Below, one piece after another: positions 37,355 to 46,705 of a stretch of DNA of 47,391 nt; position 1 is the stretch's first letter; each line of letters begins with the position of its first letter. The notes below the pieces were generated by a model, which ran no database searches, was not told the DNA's origin, and saw only the letters and a program-made list of their open reading frames with translations. Source of the DNA: a virus (lineage: Duplodnaviria; Caudoviricetes); the IMG/VR virus record IMGVR_UViG_3300022936_000011, positions 1-47,391 of that record; one strand, given 5' to 3'. The translations under genes were made by a program, and so were the position numbers.

Positions 37355-37585
37355 TTACTGAAAAGGATCAGCCGGTCGGGCTACGGCTCGCACAAACCAC
37401 ATGAAAGCCGTTTGCAGCTCAGTACGCGCCAAGGCTAGCGAGCGCTGGTCTACGTCGTCGAGCACCTTGACTTGCTTGAACAGCTCACCAGCTTCTGCTT
37501 CCAGTGCTTTGATACGGTTCATCGCGTCGATTTCGAGTTGGGTCAGATCACGATAGCCACTGATCTTCTTGTGCTGATTGTCCAT
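37355..37585 (-). CDS. acb2: anti-CBASS cyclic-oligonucleotide sponge, Acb2 family
   Basis: MDNQHKKISGYRDLTQLEIDAMNRIK...ALARTELQTAFMWFVRAVARP closely follows Pseudomonas phage Acb2 as recalled (MDNQHKKI.GYRDL..EEID.MN..K; KT..QTG.M...RA.AQP). Confidence 0.88.
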   Translation of the reverse strand: MDNQHKKISGYRDLTQLEIDAMNRIKALEAEAGELFKQVKVLDDVDQRSLALARTELQTAFMWFVRAVARPADPFQ

Positions 37586-37633
37586 CGGTACTTCCTCTTC
37601 GGTGGTTTGCCTGGCTTTCACCGGGCGGTTGAT

Positions 37634-38170
37634 TTAGGCTAGGTCGTCCGCGTCAGCGCCGTCTTCGATCTCTTCGAAGTCGCTAGCGTCTGCCGAGGTG
37701 CCGCCACCTGAGAACGCTTCGCCGTCTTTGACGAACTGGATGCCTTGGAGCTGGGCGTTGACCTTCTTTCCGTACTGGTTGTCCTGCGCCCATACATCGA
37801 TGATCACGTTGACGTAGCAGCCGGAGTACGGCTTGCCATCGGCGGCGACCAGTGGGCTACGGTCGCGGTCAACCACGGTCGGGCGAACGGTGTTGTTGGC
37901 GTTGAAGAACAGGTTGCCTTCGTAGCCGACGTAAGACGCTTTACTGTCACCATCGTGGATCAGCAGGTTGTCGCCGGCTTTCAGCTCTTTGCCGATCTGC
38001 GCCCACTTGGCGCCCCACTTGGCTTTGCCGACTTCTTCGATCACGGCGCGCAGCGCCTTGATGCCCGGGTGATCAGTCGGAAAGATGAACGCAGCGGCGA
38101 ACTTGCCGTCTTTGTTGGCTTCGAAGATGTCCGGGAATGCGATACGGGCGTTTGCGAAAGTGTGTTTCAT
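37634..38170 (-). CDS. ssDNA-binding protein (DUF2815, T7 gp2.5-like)
   Basis: DGDSK, YSGCYVN, LQGIQFVKDGEAF, acidic tail. Confidence 0.9.
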   Translation of the reverse strand: MKHTFANARIAFPDIFEANKDGKFAAAFIFPTDHPGIKALRAVIEEVGKAKWGAKWAQIGKELKAGDNLLIHDGDSKASYVGYEGNLFFNANNTVRPTVVDRDRSPLVAADGKPYSGCYVNVIIDVWAQDNQYGKKVNAQLQGIQFVKDGEAFSGGGTSADASDFEEIEDGADADDLA

Positions 38171-38213
38171 GTGGTGAATCTCCAGTCTATTTTGAGGGTT
38201 CTATTTCTGTTGG

Positions 38214-38366
38214 TTAAACGGCGGGTTCGCCGAACTTCTGTGCGCCGCATTCGCAACGGTATACGCCGCGCTTCGAAATACGGATGGTGCTAGGGCCGCC
38301 GCTCTGAACAACACGGTTCAAAGCAAAAACCCATTTGTGACGCTTTCCGAGAGTACAAGACTTCAT
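38214..38366 (-). CDS. 50-aa Cys/His hypothetical protein (not in ORF track)
   Basis: MKSCTLGKRHKW...YRCECGA; ATGA overlap. Confidence 0.5.
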   Translation of the reverse strand: MKSCTLGKRHKWVFALNRVVQSGGPSTIRISKRGVYRCECGAQKFGEPAV

Positions 38367-39748
38367 ACCAAATCCTCGAAGTTATCAATCACAGGTTCTT
38401 CCGCCGGCAGTTCTTCGAATTGCTCGGCAATCGCCATGCTCAAAGCGGGACGCTTGTCGCTGGCCGGTGCTACGGATGGCTTGCCGTCGCTACGGCCAAT
38501 CAAAGGTTGCAGCTTGTTCCACTTACGCGGGTTGGCTTCCTTCAAGACCTTCTCAGCCGTTGTGGGGCTGATCAGCTTGAAGTCGTACATTTGGTCGACC
38601 TTCAGGCGCATCGCCTTCAGCGCGGCTTCGGCTTCCTCCTCGCTAGTCCAGCTACGCGCGCCCTGACGACCTTCGACCAGTTTGTAGCGGGCGTCGGTGA
38701 ACTTACCGGCCAGGAGTCGTCGCTCAACCTCAGCGCGTACCGCTTTGGCAAAACCTTCGATCATGTCGGCCGCGTCCATCAGCGTCGCCAAGCGCTCATC
38801 CGATGCGTCCGGCAACTTGGCCTCAGCCGCTTCGAGACTTGGACGGATGTTCGGCTTCTTGACGGTGAAGTGTGAACCTCCGTCATGCTGTTCGTAATAT
38901 TCAACCGCAGCCGGCTTCACGTCGAACGCTTGGGCCAGTAGCTTTTCAGCCTGCGGCATCTCGACTTTGATGAAGCCTTTATCGAGGTCGACGAACTCGC
39001 CAACGATCGTTTCCATGGTGAAAGCAGTTCGCTCAGGACAGGTCGCCGACGCTTTGCAGAAACGGCACTGCTTGTCACCCGGTGTTGCGGTCAAACCTTC
39101 AGGACCGGCCATGATCTTGTCGGCGATCCGACGGATCTCGATCAGCCGTTCCCGCGCTTCGCTGACCGGCAAAACCCACTGGTCGAAGTGGTTCATACGC
39201 GGCTGGTCTACGCAGAGCACCAGGGTGTCGCAGTCGCCGGCCAGGTCGAATTCGTCAAGCGCCGCGCCGCCGTACATCAAGAGCTGCTCGTTGCCCTCGG
39301 CGAATACCTGAACGCCTTTCCCGAACTTGAGATCCCTGGACGTAATCTTCGAACCCTGGACGATCACCATGTCGCTAGTGCCAGTGGCGCCCGCTTCACC
39401 GGTGAACTGCTCAATGCTCATCGTCTGTTCAGGATAGATCGTAGCGCCTTCTGCATCTTGACGCGCCAGGTCTAAGACCTTCTGGACTTCGCGAGTCATG
39501 TCAGGACCGACCGCGAAAGCGCCGGAGGTATGGAACTCCGTCTCGCCGTTCTCGACCTTGATACGCAGGCCGGTGAAGTGCGCCGCGTCCACGTTCTGAT
39601 CTAGACATTGCTCTAGCAAGTAGTGTGCTGCAGTACCCTCGTCGGCGTCGCTGCTAGAGCGGTCCGGCATGTCCTTCTCGCGCCAAACTTTCGCATGGCA
39701 ACGGGTCCATGCTGCGGCGCCACTCGGTGAAAGGAACGCGTGTGCCAT
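38363..39748 (-). CDS. DUF2800 PD-(D/E)xK (Cas4-like) exonuclease
   Basis: HAFLSPSGA..W..C, EGTAAH, GTSD, DLKFGKG, QLLMYG, QCRFCKA...C, KLVEGR. Confidence 0.9.
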   Translation of the reverse strand: MAHAFLSPSGAAAWTRCHAKVWREKDMPDRSSSDADEGTAAHYLLEQCLDQNVDAAHFTGLRIKVENGETEFHTSGAFAVGPDMTREVQKVLDLARQDAEGATIYPEQTMSIEQFTGEAGATGTSDMVIVQGSKITSRDLKFGKGVQVFAEGNEQLLMYGGAALDEFDLAGDCDTLVLCVDQPRMNHFDQWVLPVSEARERLIEIRRIADKIMAGPEGLTATPGDKQCRFCKASATCPERTAFTMETIVGEFVDLDKGFIKVEMPQAEKLLAQAFDVKPAAVEYYEQHDGGSHFTVKKPNIRPSLEAAEAKLPDASDERLATLMDAADMIEGFAKAVRAEVERRLLAGKFTDARYKLVEGRQGARSWTSEEEAEAALKAMRLKVDQMYDFKLISPTTAEKVLKEANPRKWNKLQPLIGRSDGKPSVAPASDKRPALSMAIAEQFEELPAEEPVIDNFEDLV

Positions 39749-39909
39749 TAGGTAGGCTCCTTCGCTTCAGAAACATCGCTCAGCAGTTTGAGCAATTCGT
39801 AGTTAGTAAGCGCGTTGATGTAGCGCTCTGCATAGTTGCCGGTCTGAATCTGCTCTTGGCTGGCGCCTTCCTCGACGTGCTGCACGATCTCTTCGAGCGC
39901 AGTCATGGC

Positions 39910-40359
39910 TTAGCCCTCAAGCGCTTGCAGATCGGCGTACACGGCTCCCAGCTTCGCTTGGTCGTTCACGGTGCTGAAGTCGTCTTCTTTATCCAGTAAC
40001 ACTTTTAGGTTCGCAATACCGTGCTTGGCGTTCAGCGCCTTGATCGCGTCACGCTGCGTTGGGGCCAGTTTGAGCACCAGTGCGCGGACGGTTTCGTACG
40101 GCACTGCATCATGCACTTCTGATTTCGGGTCGCTTGCTTCGTCAAAATCAGTATCGATTCCGCCTTTGGCCTCTTCCACCATCTTTTCTTCGATGTCCTT
40201 CTTGTCAGCAGGCTTTGCGGACTCTACAGCGGTCTTGCCTTTGCCCTTGGATTCAGCGGTAGGCGTACGGCCGGCGAGTGAGAGGGTCAACAGCTTGACG
40301 GCTTCGGTATTCGCGAGCAGCGCTTCGGTATGGGCTTGGATCAGGGCTTCGATCGACAT
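39910..40359 (-). CDS. hypothetical replication-module protein
   Basis: First gene after promoter 40395-40423; helical N-terminus, charged linker. Confidence 0.65.
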   Translation of the reverse strand: MSIEALIQAHTEALLANTEAVKLLTLSLAGRTPTAESKGKGKTAVESAKPADKKDIEEKMVEEAKGGIDTDFDEASDPKSEVHDAVPYETVRALVLKLAPTQRDAIKALNAKHGIANLKVLLDKEDDFSTVNDQAKLGAVYADLQALEG

Positions 40360-40394
40360 GTTGCAAGTTCCTTTTCAGTTAAGGTGTGCCGCCG

Positions 40395-40423
40395 ATGGTA
40401 GAGAGCGGCACAAGGTATGTCAA
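40395..40423 (-). promoter_or_regulatory. sigma70 promoter overlapped by inverted repeat
   Basis: TTGACA-17-TACCAT; GTGCCGC...GCGGCAC straddles the -10. Confidence 0.75.
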
Positions 40424-40448
40424 GTGGTTTAGTTGCTAATACTTGTAG

Positions 40449-40733
40449 CTATTCCGTTTCTTTTATCAGTTCAGTACGCAGGATGAGCACGTCACGCGGC
40501 GCGGTGAAATTCAGCTTTGCATGGCCTTTGGCGAGGTCAACGACGCAAACACTTACCCCCTCTGCAATTTGCATGGAGTCGCGGAACCGGACTCGTTCTA
40601 CCTGGAGGGTGGACAGCAAACGGAATTTGCAGAAGCCGCCGGTCACATCGAGGATCTCGACGTATTCCGTTTTGTCGCCAATCAGAAGGCGAACGGACTG
40701 GCCGGCTTTACGGGTCAACACGAGATTGGTCAT
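40449..40733 (-). CDS. CsrA/RsmA-like protein with internal duplication
   Basis: LVLTRKAGQSV..IGD at N-terminus and F.APRDV.ILR.EL at C-terminus, with a second DSMQIAEGVSV.V unit. Confidence 0.75.
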   Translation of the reverse strand: MTNLVLTRKAGQSVRLLIGDKTEYVEILDVTGGFCKFRLLSTLQVERVRFRDSMQIAEGVSVCVVDLAKGHAKLNFTAPRDVLILRTELIKETE

Positions 40734-40900
40734 TTTTCACTCCGTACGAAAAAGTGCCAGATCATCAGAACGAAACAAACTGTACCGATCAGGAAGCTAG
40801 AAACGTTGGTTATCGAGTTCCACAGCGTCGGACTGTCGTAGTGCTTTACCGTCGACATCCAGATCATGCCGAACACCCAATACTTTTCGAACTTTGTCAT
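40730..40900 (-). CDS. small membrane protein
   Basis: Hydrophobic 56-aa ORF with ATGA overlaps. Confidence 0.5.
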   Translation of the reverse strand: MTKFEKYWVFGMIWMSTVKHYDSPTLWNSITNVSSFLIGTVCFVLMIWHFFVRSEK

Positions 40901-41247
40901 ACGTCTTCCTCGACGATTTCGAATTTGCGGTAGCCTTCCGCCGCTAGCACGGTGGCGAGCTGCCGAATAGAGTCGCCGGATATTCCGCAACGCTTGGCGG
41001 CCAGGTCGATTATTTCTTGGCGGGTTTGCAAGATCGGATCCGCAGGCCGAGGGATAAGCTCAGCGCAGCGCCGCTCTAAAAACCCTTGGCTACTGCGATC
41101 CACCGAAGAGTGCACCGCGTTGTCCGCATTCCATTTACCATCCGCCCACCACTTCCAGTTCTCCCCTGATAGATCACGCCAAGGGGTACTACCGCGGGTG
41201 TAGTAATGCGTCGCGCCTTCCGGTGCCTTGCTCCAATCAATATTCAT
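40897..41247 (-). CDS. hypothetical protein
   Basis: NIDWSKAPEGATHY motif common in phage early genes. Confidence 0.7.
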   Translation of the reverse strand: MNIDWSKAPEGATHYYTRGSTPWRDLSGENWKWWADGKWNADNAVHSSVDRSSQGFLERRCAELIPRPADPILQTRQEIIDLAAKRCGISGDSIRQLATVLAAEGYRKFEIVEEDV

Positions 41248-43729
41248 TCGCCCATCACCCTTTCAATTATCAAATCGACTTCGAACACGCTGGCTTGCAT
41301 GTCCATGCGTCGCTCTGGTACACGTTTCGTTCCCGCAATCAAGTCCTTTTCGTTCAACGCATACCCGGTCTGCGTGATCCAGTGCCCGGGGCGCCACGGC
41401 GCTAGGTCTGATACTGGCGGCTGAAGCATGGCGCACCTCCTAGGAGAAATAGAACGCGATAAGCATCAAGGCAACGATGGTCAGGAACATGAAGTCGGCG
41501 TCGTCCATGCTAGGTCTCCTGCTTTGGGATCAGCGCGTTGACAGCTAAGCGGATAGCCATTGGCTTCAGGCCTTCTTCAATCTCGAATTGACAGGAAGAA
41601 CCGGGGCCGTAGCTGATAAGCTCCTCCCCGTCATAGCCTCCTAGGAATTGGAGACCTGTGCGCTCGCACGCTTCCAGCGACTCGGCCAGGGTCAGTAACG
41701 CTTCAGCCTGTGCGCGGGTGATCATTTGAAAGTGCTCCGGTAGCCCGCTATCTTTAGAATCTGTTCGCATTCTTCCGCCGCTTCCTCTGAATATTCATAC
41801 GACACTTTCGACAGCCACTCGGCGGTAGCTTGGTTCTGCTCCTGCGTCTTAGCAGGGCGCAGTAAACGCGACAGGATGCATTGGCATTTACCGTGGGCAT
41901 CCTGCATGGCTACGATCGTCTGATCTTCACAGTTAACAAATACGGCGAGGACTTCGAAGGTGGTAGTAAGCCGTTCGTCTTCCGGCTCAAAACGCCCCGG
42001 TTCGTTGATCACGTCAACCATTTCGCCTACGGATGGAACGAAATAATCTCTCACGGCTTGCGTACTCCTAGCAGTTGTTCGGGGACGACGCGCATGGTGG
42101 TAAGCCCTACGGACACGTCGTAGCTCTTCTGACCGACCTTCACGACACGCGCCAGGCACTTGTGGTACTCGCTCTGCGTGTCGTTAATGCGAACGGTCTG
42201 ATTGGGTTTGAAGCGATTCATCGAGACAGGACTTCAACGGTGCGCGCTGCGAAACCGCCCCAGCTCAAGAAGCACGACACGAAGTAATTGGTCATGCTGG
42301 TGCCCTTCGCTACTAACAGACACAGGGCGCCCGATGCGAAGAAACCATAGAGGTAGACTTGGATTGCGACTTTCATGTTGCCCTTCTCCTATTCATTTAC
42401 TGTGTAACGCGACTATACAACACGAAACTTGCGATTGCTTGTAGGTCCGACGAACGGTTAGGGTTTCTGGCCTTTGCTATCCTTGATAGCAGCCATTCTG
42501 CATTCGATGTCGTAGCCGAGCGATACGGCGTCCGGTTGCCCTTCCATCGTCGCTTCGATATCCAGTAGTAGCTGGTCGCGCTCGGCCAGTTCGTCGATCA
42601 GATACTGAAGAAGGTCTGTATTTATCAACCGACGATTATTAGGAAGGGTGATCTTGGCTACCGTCTCGCAGCCGCCCGGGCAATCCGGTGTAGCGTCGAG
42701 GTACCCTGTAGTAAGCTCGAGGTACCGAGACGTGCCGTACTCAATTCGCTCTTCAAAAGTCATTTCTTCCGATCTCCTCTATTACTTCCAATCAAAGGCT
42801 TCTGGCCGTCCTTCAACGGCCAGGGTGATTCGGTATGGCAATCCGGGCAGTGGATAATGCGTAGGCTGCTCATGCGTATCACGTCCGGGTTACCGCACTT
42901 TGGGCATGGCGTGGTCATTTGCCGAAGCACTTCGGACAGGTTGGTCGGCTGCCGCCCCAAAGCTCTTCCGGCGTATAGCCGCCTTCTGCTAAGAGCTTCA
43001 GCTCATCCGCGGTTGGCGTACAGCATTCCGCGACCTCTACCCACTTGGCGCCTTTTGGAAGATGGCCGCAGCGCCCCTCGACCATTGACGCGACTACTTG
43101 GCCGCCGTGTTCATCCATAAAATAAACTAGGTTGCCGTCCTGCTTATGTGGCTCGTATTCGGTGCCGAGGGTGAGGTACCCGCAGTGGTCGTCCAGTTCT
43201 TGCTGTGTGCATCCTTCAATTCGTACTTTCACGCTATAAATCCTCCTGGCATGGTTTTCACGTATCGCTGCGCGGCGGGCTCGTGCATTTGACCTTTGGC
43301 GCAGTCGCTGGTGTTGACTTTGGGCATCTTGGGTTTCTTAGGCTTGGGCATCAGAACTCCTGAGCATCGTCGAGAGTGGTTCTAGATCGCCGAGCCTCGT
43401 AGCATCGAGCGCGGCCCTGATTTCTTCCTTACCTATTCCTTTCTGTTCAAGGTAGCGCTTTACACACAGCTCAAGACGGAAAACCCGATTGGACTGTGTG
43501 CAGAGCTGGCGAACCAGCTCCTTACGTTGATCTATAGCGCGCTGACTAGTCACGCGGGACGCTTCAAGTACTTTTTGCCTGGGATCGAAGCGATCTTCAC
43601 TACAGCTTCGTCGTAAGTCCCTTCGTGGAAGAGGTTGCACCGTACCTTCTCGAAAGTCGTTTTGCTCCAACCGATAAGCCAAAGATTTTCACGGAATTTG
43701 TGAGGCTTCGTGTAGATGACGGTGACCAT
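41244..43729 (-). other. cluster of small early genes
   Basis: Closely spaced, often overlap-coupled ORFs, e.g. 41244-41429, 41510-41725, 41722-42054, 42051-42221, 42218-42376, 42458-42763, 42760-42918 (Zn ribbon), 42915-43232, 43338-43553, 43550-43729. Confidence 0.6.
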
Positions 43730-43767
43730 TTTCGTATTCCCTTTGGTTGTTTGCTTTCGATGGGTTC

Positions 43768-43871
43768 AATATACGGTCTTATAGTTGCCATGTCTAGCAC
43801 TCTGTTGCATTCTTTTCATCGCTTACGACAAACGGCGCTTTGTTGCGCTTTGTTGCTATACGGGTTAAGGT
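43768..43871. promoter_or_regulatory. divergent promoter region
   Basis: Leftward TAGACA-17-TATATT (43796-43768); rightward TTGCGC-17-TAAGGT (43843-43871); tandem GCTTTGTTGC repeat. Confidence 0.65.
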
Positions 43872-43906
43872 GCGCTCACGTTATCCCACCCGAAAGAGAA
43901 TTACCG

Positions 43907-44221
43907 ATGGACAAGAAACTTTCCACACTGCGCGATCAACTGGTCAACGGCGGCGCTCCTGCCCACCTCCTGAACACCGTCATGGCCGCCGACAAGTACA
44001 CGGGCATCCTTAAAGCCGTTTCATGTGCCGGCGGTATCACCCACCTGGCTAAGCAGCTCGGCGTTTCCCACCAGTGCGCCCAGCAGTGGCTCAAGCGTGG
44101 CTTTGTGCCGCTGGCGCGTATCCCGGAGATCGAGACGCTTTACGGCGTGCCGCGTAATGAACTGATGAACCCGAAGTACGCTGCTGCCCTTGCCGAGCCT
44201 AACTTCTCGTCCGACGTATAA
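43907..44221 (+). CDS. Cro/YdaS-like HTH regulator
   Basis: AVSCAGGITHLAKQLGVSHQCAQQWLKRGFVP.R...IE..YGVPR.EL. Confidence 0.8.
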   Translation: MDKKLSTLRDQLVNGGAPAHLLNTVMAADKYTGILKAVSCAGGITHLAKQLGVSHQCAQQWLKRGFVPLARIPEIETLYGVPRNELMNPKYAAALAEPNFSSDV

Positions 44222-44239
44222 GCCGTGGGAGCCGCGAAG

Positions 44240-46234
44240 ATGGCCAAGGCATTAGAGAGTCTGCAGGCGCCTGCCGCCTTGCGGGAATTGAAACAATGGT
44301 TGGTATGGAAGTTCGAACCCAACCCTAAACCGGGAAAGAAAGACCTCAAGGTTCCTTATTACGCCAAGTCAGGAACGAAGCGCGGATGGATGCCCGGCGT
44401 TCGCAGTAAGAAGGTCGGCCAGGGTTCAACAGAAGAACTGCCCTTGCTGGTGACGTTCGACGAAGCCCTGGCAGCAGCGCAAGAGCGCGGCATGACCGGC
44501 ATTGGCCTTGCCATGGTTCCAGGGCAACCAGTGACCGCCTTGGACTTCGACCACTGTGTAGTTGACGGCGCAATAGATCCCGCTGTTGAAGCGTTGATCG
44601 TTGGGACGTATTCCGAGATCAGCCCATCGGGTACTGGCGTCCGTGCTTTCGTGCTCGGCGACCTGGGAGACCGCAGTGACGCGCACCCGGAGGATGGCGC
44701 GTTCGGCTTTGAGACGTACACCACATCGCGTTTCGTGACCTTTACAGGTGACGTGACCGAGATCGCAGAACTAACCGGCAGCGAGAACACCGTCGCCGAG
44801 CCGTCGCAACTGCTGCTCGATACCTGCGAGAAGCGTTTCGGCCCGCGCGTGATCCGTCAAATCTCCGTGGGCAAGAGCGACAAGGAGCGTGTAGGGCTTA
44901 CCGACGCACAAATAGCCGAAGTCCTGAAGTGGGTAGCCGTCGGCGACCATAACCGCTGGATGGCAGTAGGCATGGCTATTCACCACGAGACCGAAGGCGA
45001 AGGCCAGTGGTTGTGGGACGAGTGGTCGCAGCTTGGCGCCGACTATGAAGGCCCGGACGAGATTCAGTACAAGTGGTCGACCATCGGCAACTACACCGGC
45101 AACGAGAAGACCTTCTGGTCGGTTCTGCGTGAAGCTCAGGCCCAAGGGTGCCCGGTAGACGTCGATACAGCGTCGCCGGATGAGTTCGAGGCCCTACCTA
45201 TGCCAGTCGGCGGCAAATTCAATATCCGTTCACAGGGTGAGTTCGCCCGCCAGGTCAAGCCGATCTCGTGGCTGGTGAAGAACTTCCTCCCTAAAGCGAC
45301 CCTAGGCGTGCTGTTCGGTGAATCAGGCTCGGGTAAGTCGTTCCTAACCTACGACCTGTGCGCGGCGATCGCCCGCGGCCTGGACGAATGGAACGGCAAG
45401 AAGGTCAAGAAGGGTCGTGTGATGTACGTGGTGGCCGAAGGCGAAGCGGGCTTCGTGAACCGCATTCACGCCTACTGCCATCAGCAGGGCATTTCGCCGG
45501 ACGACTTCGAGATCGACTACATCAGCGATCTAGTGCCAAACCTGATGGAAGCGGCCCTGATCACCGATCTGATAAAGGAAATCAAGGCGCGCGGCCATTA
45601 CGATCTGATCGTGATGGATACGTTCGCCCAGGTGATGGCAGGCGCCAACGAGAACAGCGGTGAAGACGTAGGTAAAGCCCTAGCCGAGTGCCGTCGTATC
45701 CACCGCCACACGGGCGCTATGGTGCTGCTCGTCCACCACAGCGGCAAAGATGCCAGTAAGGGTTCGCGCGGCTGGTCGGGCCTTAAGGGCGCTTGCGACG
45801 TTGAGCTCGAGGTGTCCCGTAGCGACGATGACCGCGCCGTGTCCGCCTCTAAGCTAAAGGACGGCCGCGACGGTATACAGATAGGCTTCAAGCTGCACAC
45901 AGTCGTGCTAGGGGAAGATGAGGACGGCGACGACATCACGAGCTGTATCGTCGAGTACGGCGATGTCTCGGCCCGTATGAAGGCCGGCAAGGGTCCGAAG
46001 GGTGCTGTACAGAAGCTGGCCTTCAATAAGGCTCATGATCTGATTGGCCTGGCAGCCGATAGCGGAGAGATCAGCACCGAAGAATTGATTGCGCTTATGG
46101 TGCCTGAAATGGTGATCAAAGACGGTGAACGCGACCAACGCAAAGGGGTAGCGGCCAGGTCGATCACGTCGCTCATAAAGGCCGAACATCTGATCGAAAT
46201 CGCACCCGGCAAGCTGGCGCTGCCTGAAGAATGA
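44240..46234 (+). CDS. primase-helicase (primase, PriCT-2, AAA_25 helicase)
   Basis: QWLVW, LDFDHC, YSEISPSGTG; W..VGMAIH...WDEWS; GESGSGKS, IVMDT, VHHSGKD..KG.RG.S. Confidence 0.9.
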   Translation: MAKALESLQAPAALRELKQWLVWKFEPNPKPGKKDLKVPYYAKSGTKRGWMPGVRSKKVGQGSTEELPLLVTFDEALAAAQERGMTGIGLAMVPGQPVTALDFDHCVVDGAIDPAVEALIVGTYSEISPSGTGVRAFVLGDLGDRSDAHPEDGAFGFETYTTSRFVTFTGDVTEIAELTGSENTVAEPSQLLLDTCEKRFGPRVIRQISVGKSDKERVGLTDAQIAEVLKWVAVGDHNRWMAVGMAIHHETEGEGQWLWDEWSQLGADYEGPDEIQYKWSTIGNYTGNEKTFWSVLREAQAQGCPVDVDTASPDEFEALPMPVGGKFNIRSQGEFARQVKPISWLVKNFLPKATLGVLFGESGSGKSFLTYDLCAAIARGLDEWNGKKVKKGRVMYVVAEGEAGFVNRIHAYCHQQGISPDDFEIDYISDLVPNLMEAALITDLIKEIKARGHYDLIVMDTFAQVMAGANENSGEDVGKALAECRRIHRHTGAMVLLVHHSGKDASKGSRGWSGLKGACDVELEVSRSDDDRAVSASKLKDGRDGIQIGFKLHTVVLGEDEDGDDITSCIVEYGDVSARMKAGKGPKGAVQKLAFNKAHDLIGLAADSGEISTEELIALMVPEMVIKDGERDQRKGVAARSITSLIKAEHLIEIAPGKLALPEE

Positions 46235-46249
46235 AATATGCAGGAAATG

Positions 46250-46415
46250 CGAATCCGCAAAGATTGCTGCTACAAATGCTACAAATGCTACTTTTAGATA
46301 TTTGTAGTTGTAGCGGAAGGTGCTAAGGCTTCTGCTACACTACTACAAACACCCCGTAGGGGTGTAGTAGTGTAGCAAGTGTAGCAACCGGGAAAATGCA
46401 ACAATTGCGGATTCG
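46250..46415. repeat. putative replication origin (CTACA iterons, nested inverted repeats)
   Basis: Repeated GCTACA/TGTAGC in both orientations, hairpin 46333-46377, flanking 11-bp inverted repeat. Confidence 0.65.
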
Positions 46416-46534
46416 AAGGAAAGGAGTAAACCCGCAAGAATTGCGCGTAATGCAGATCACGACCCTGGTCGAGACGCCTACCCCATTTCGCGGTTTACGG
46501 GTACGCTGATCACTCACCACATGGAGCGGAACCC

Positions 46535-46705
46535 ATGGCATGTTCCGGATGCGCTCGACGTCGGGCGAAACTCAAAAAACTATTGGACTTAGCCAATGAA
46601 CGATTCGAAGAACTCAAGCAAAGGATTACTGGTGCTGAAGTTGAAAGGCGCCGCGACAGCGGACCTGATCGACAGCCTTCTGGAAGTGATCACGCCGACG
46701 GCTGA
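46535..46705 (+). CDS. small basic protein (not in ORF track)
   Basis: MACSGCARRRAKLKKLL... after GGAG/GGA; overlaps next ORF in another frame. Confidence 0.45.
   Translation: MACSGCARRRAKLKKLLDLANERFEELKQRITGAEVERRRDSGPDRQPSGSDHADG

Noticed and set aside
38363-39748. Cas4-like gene as evidence of a CRISPR system
   Set aside because: It is the standard DUF2800 nuclease of the SSB-PolA-helicase module; no array or other cas genes seen
43625-43906. N-terminal extension of the Cro-like ORF (198 aa in the track)
   Set aside because: It runs through the divergent promoters and opposite-strand genes; the ATG at 43907 is more plausible
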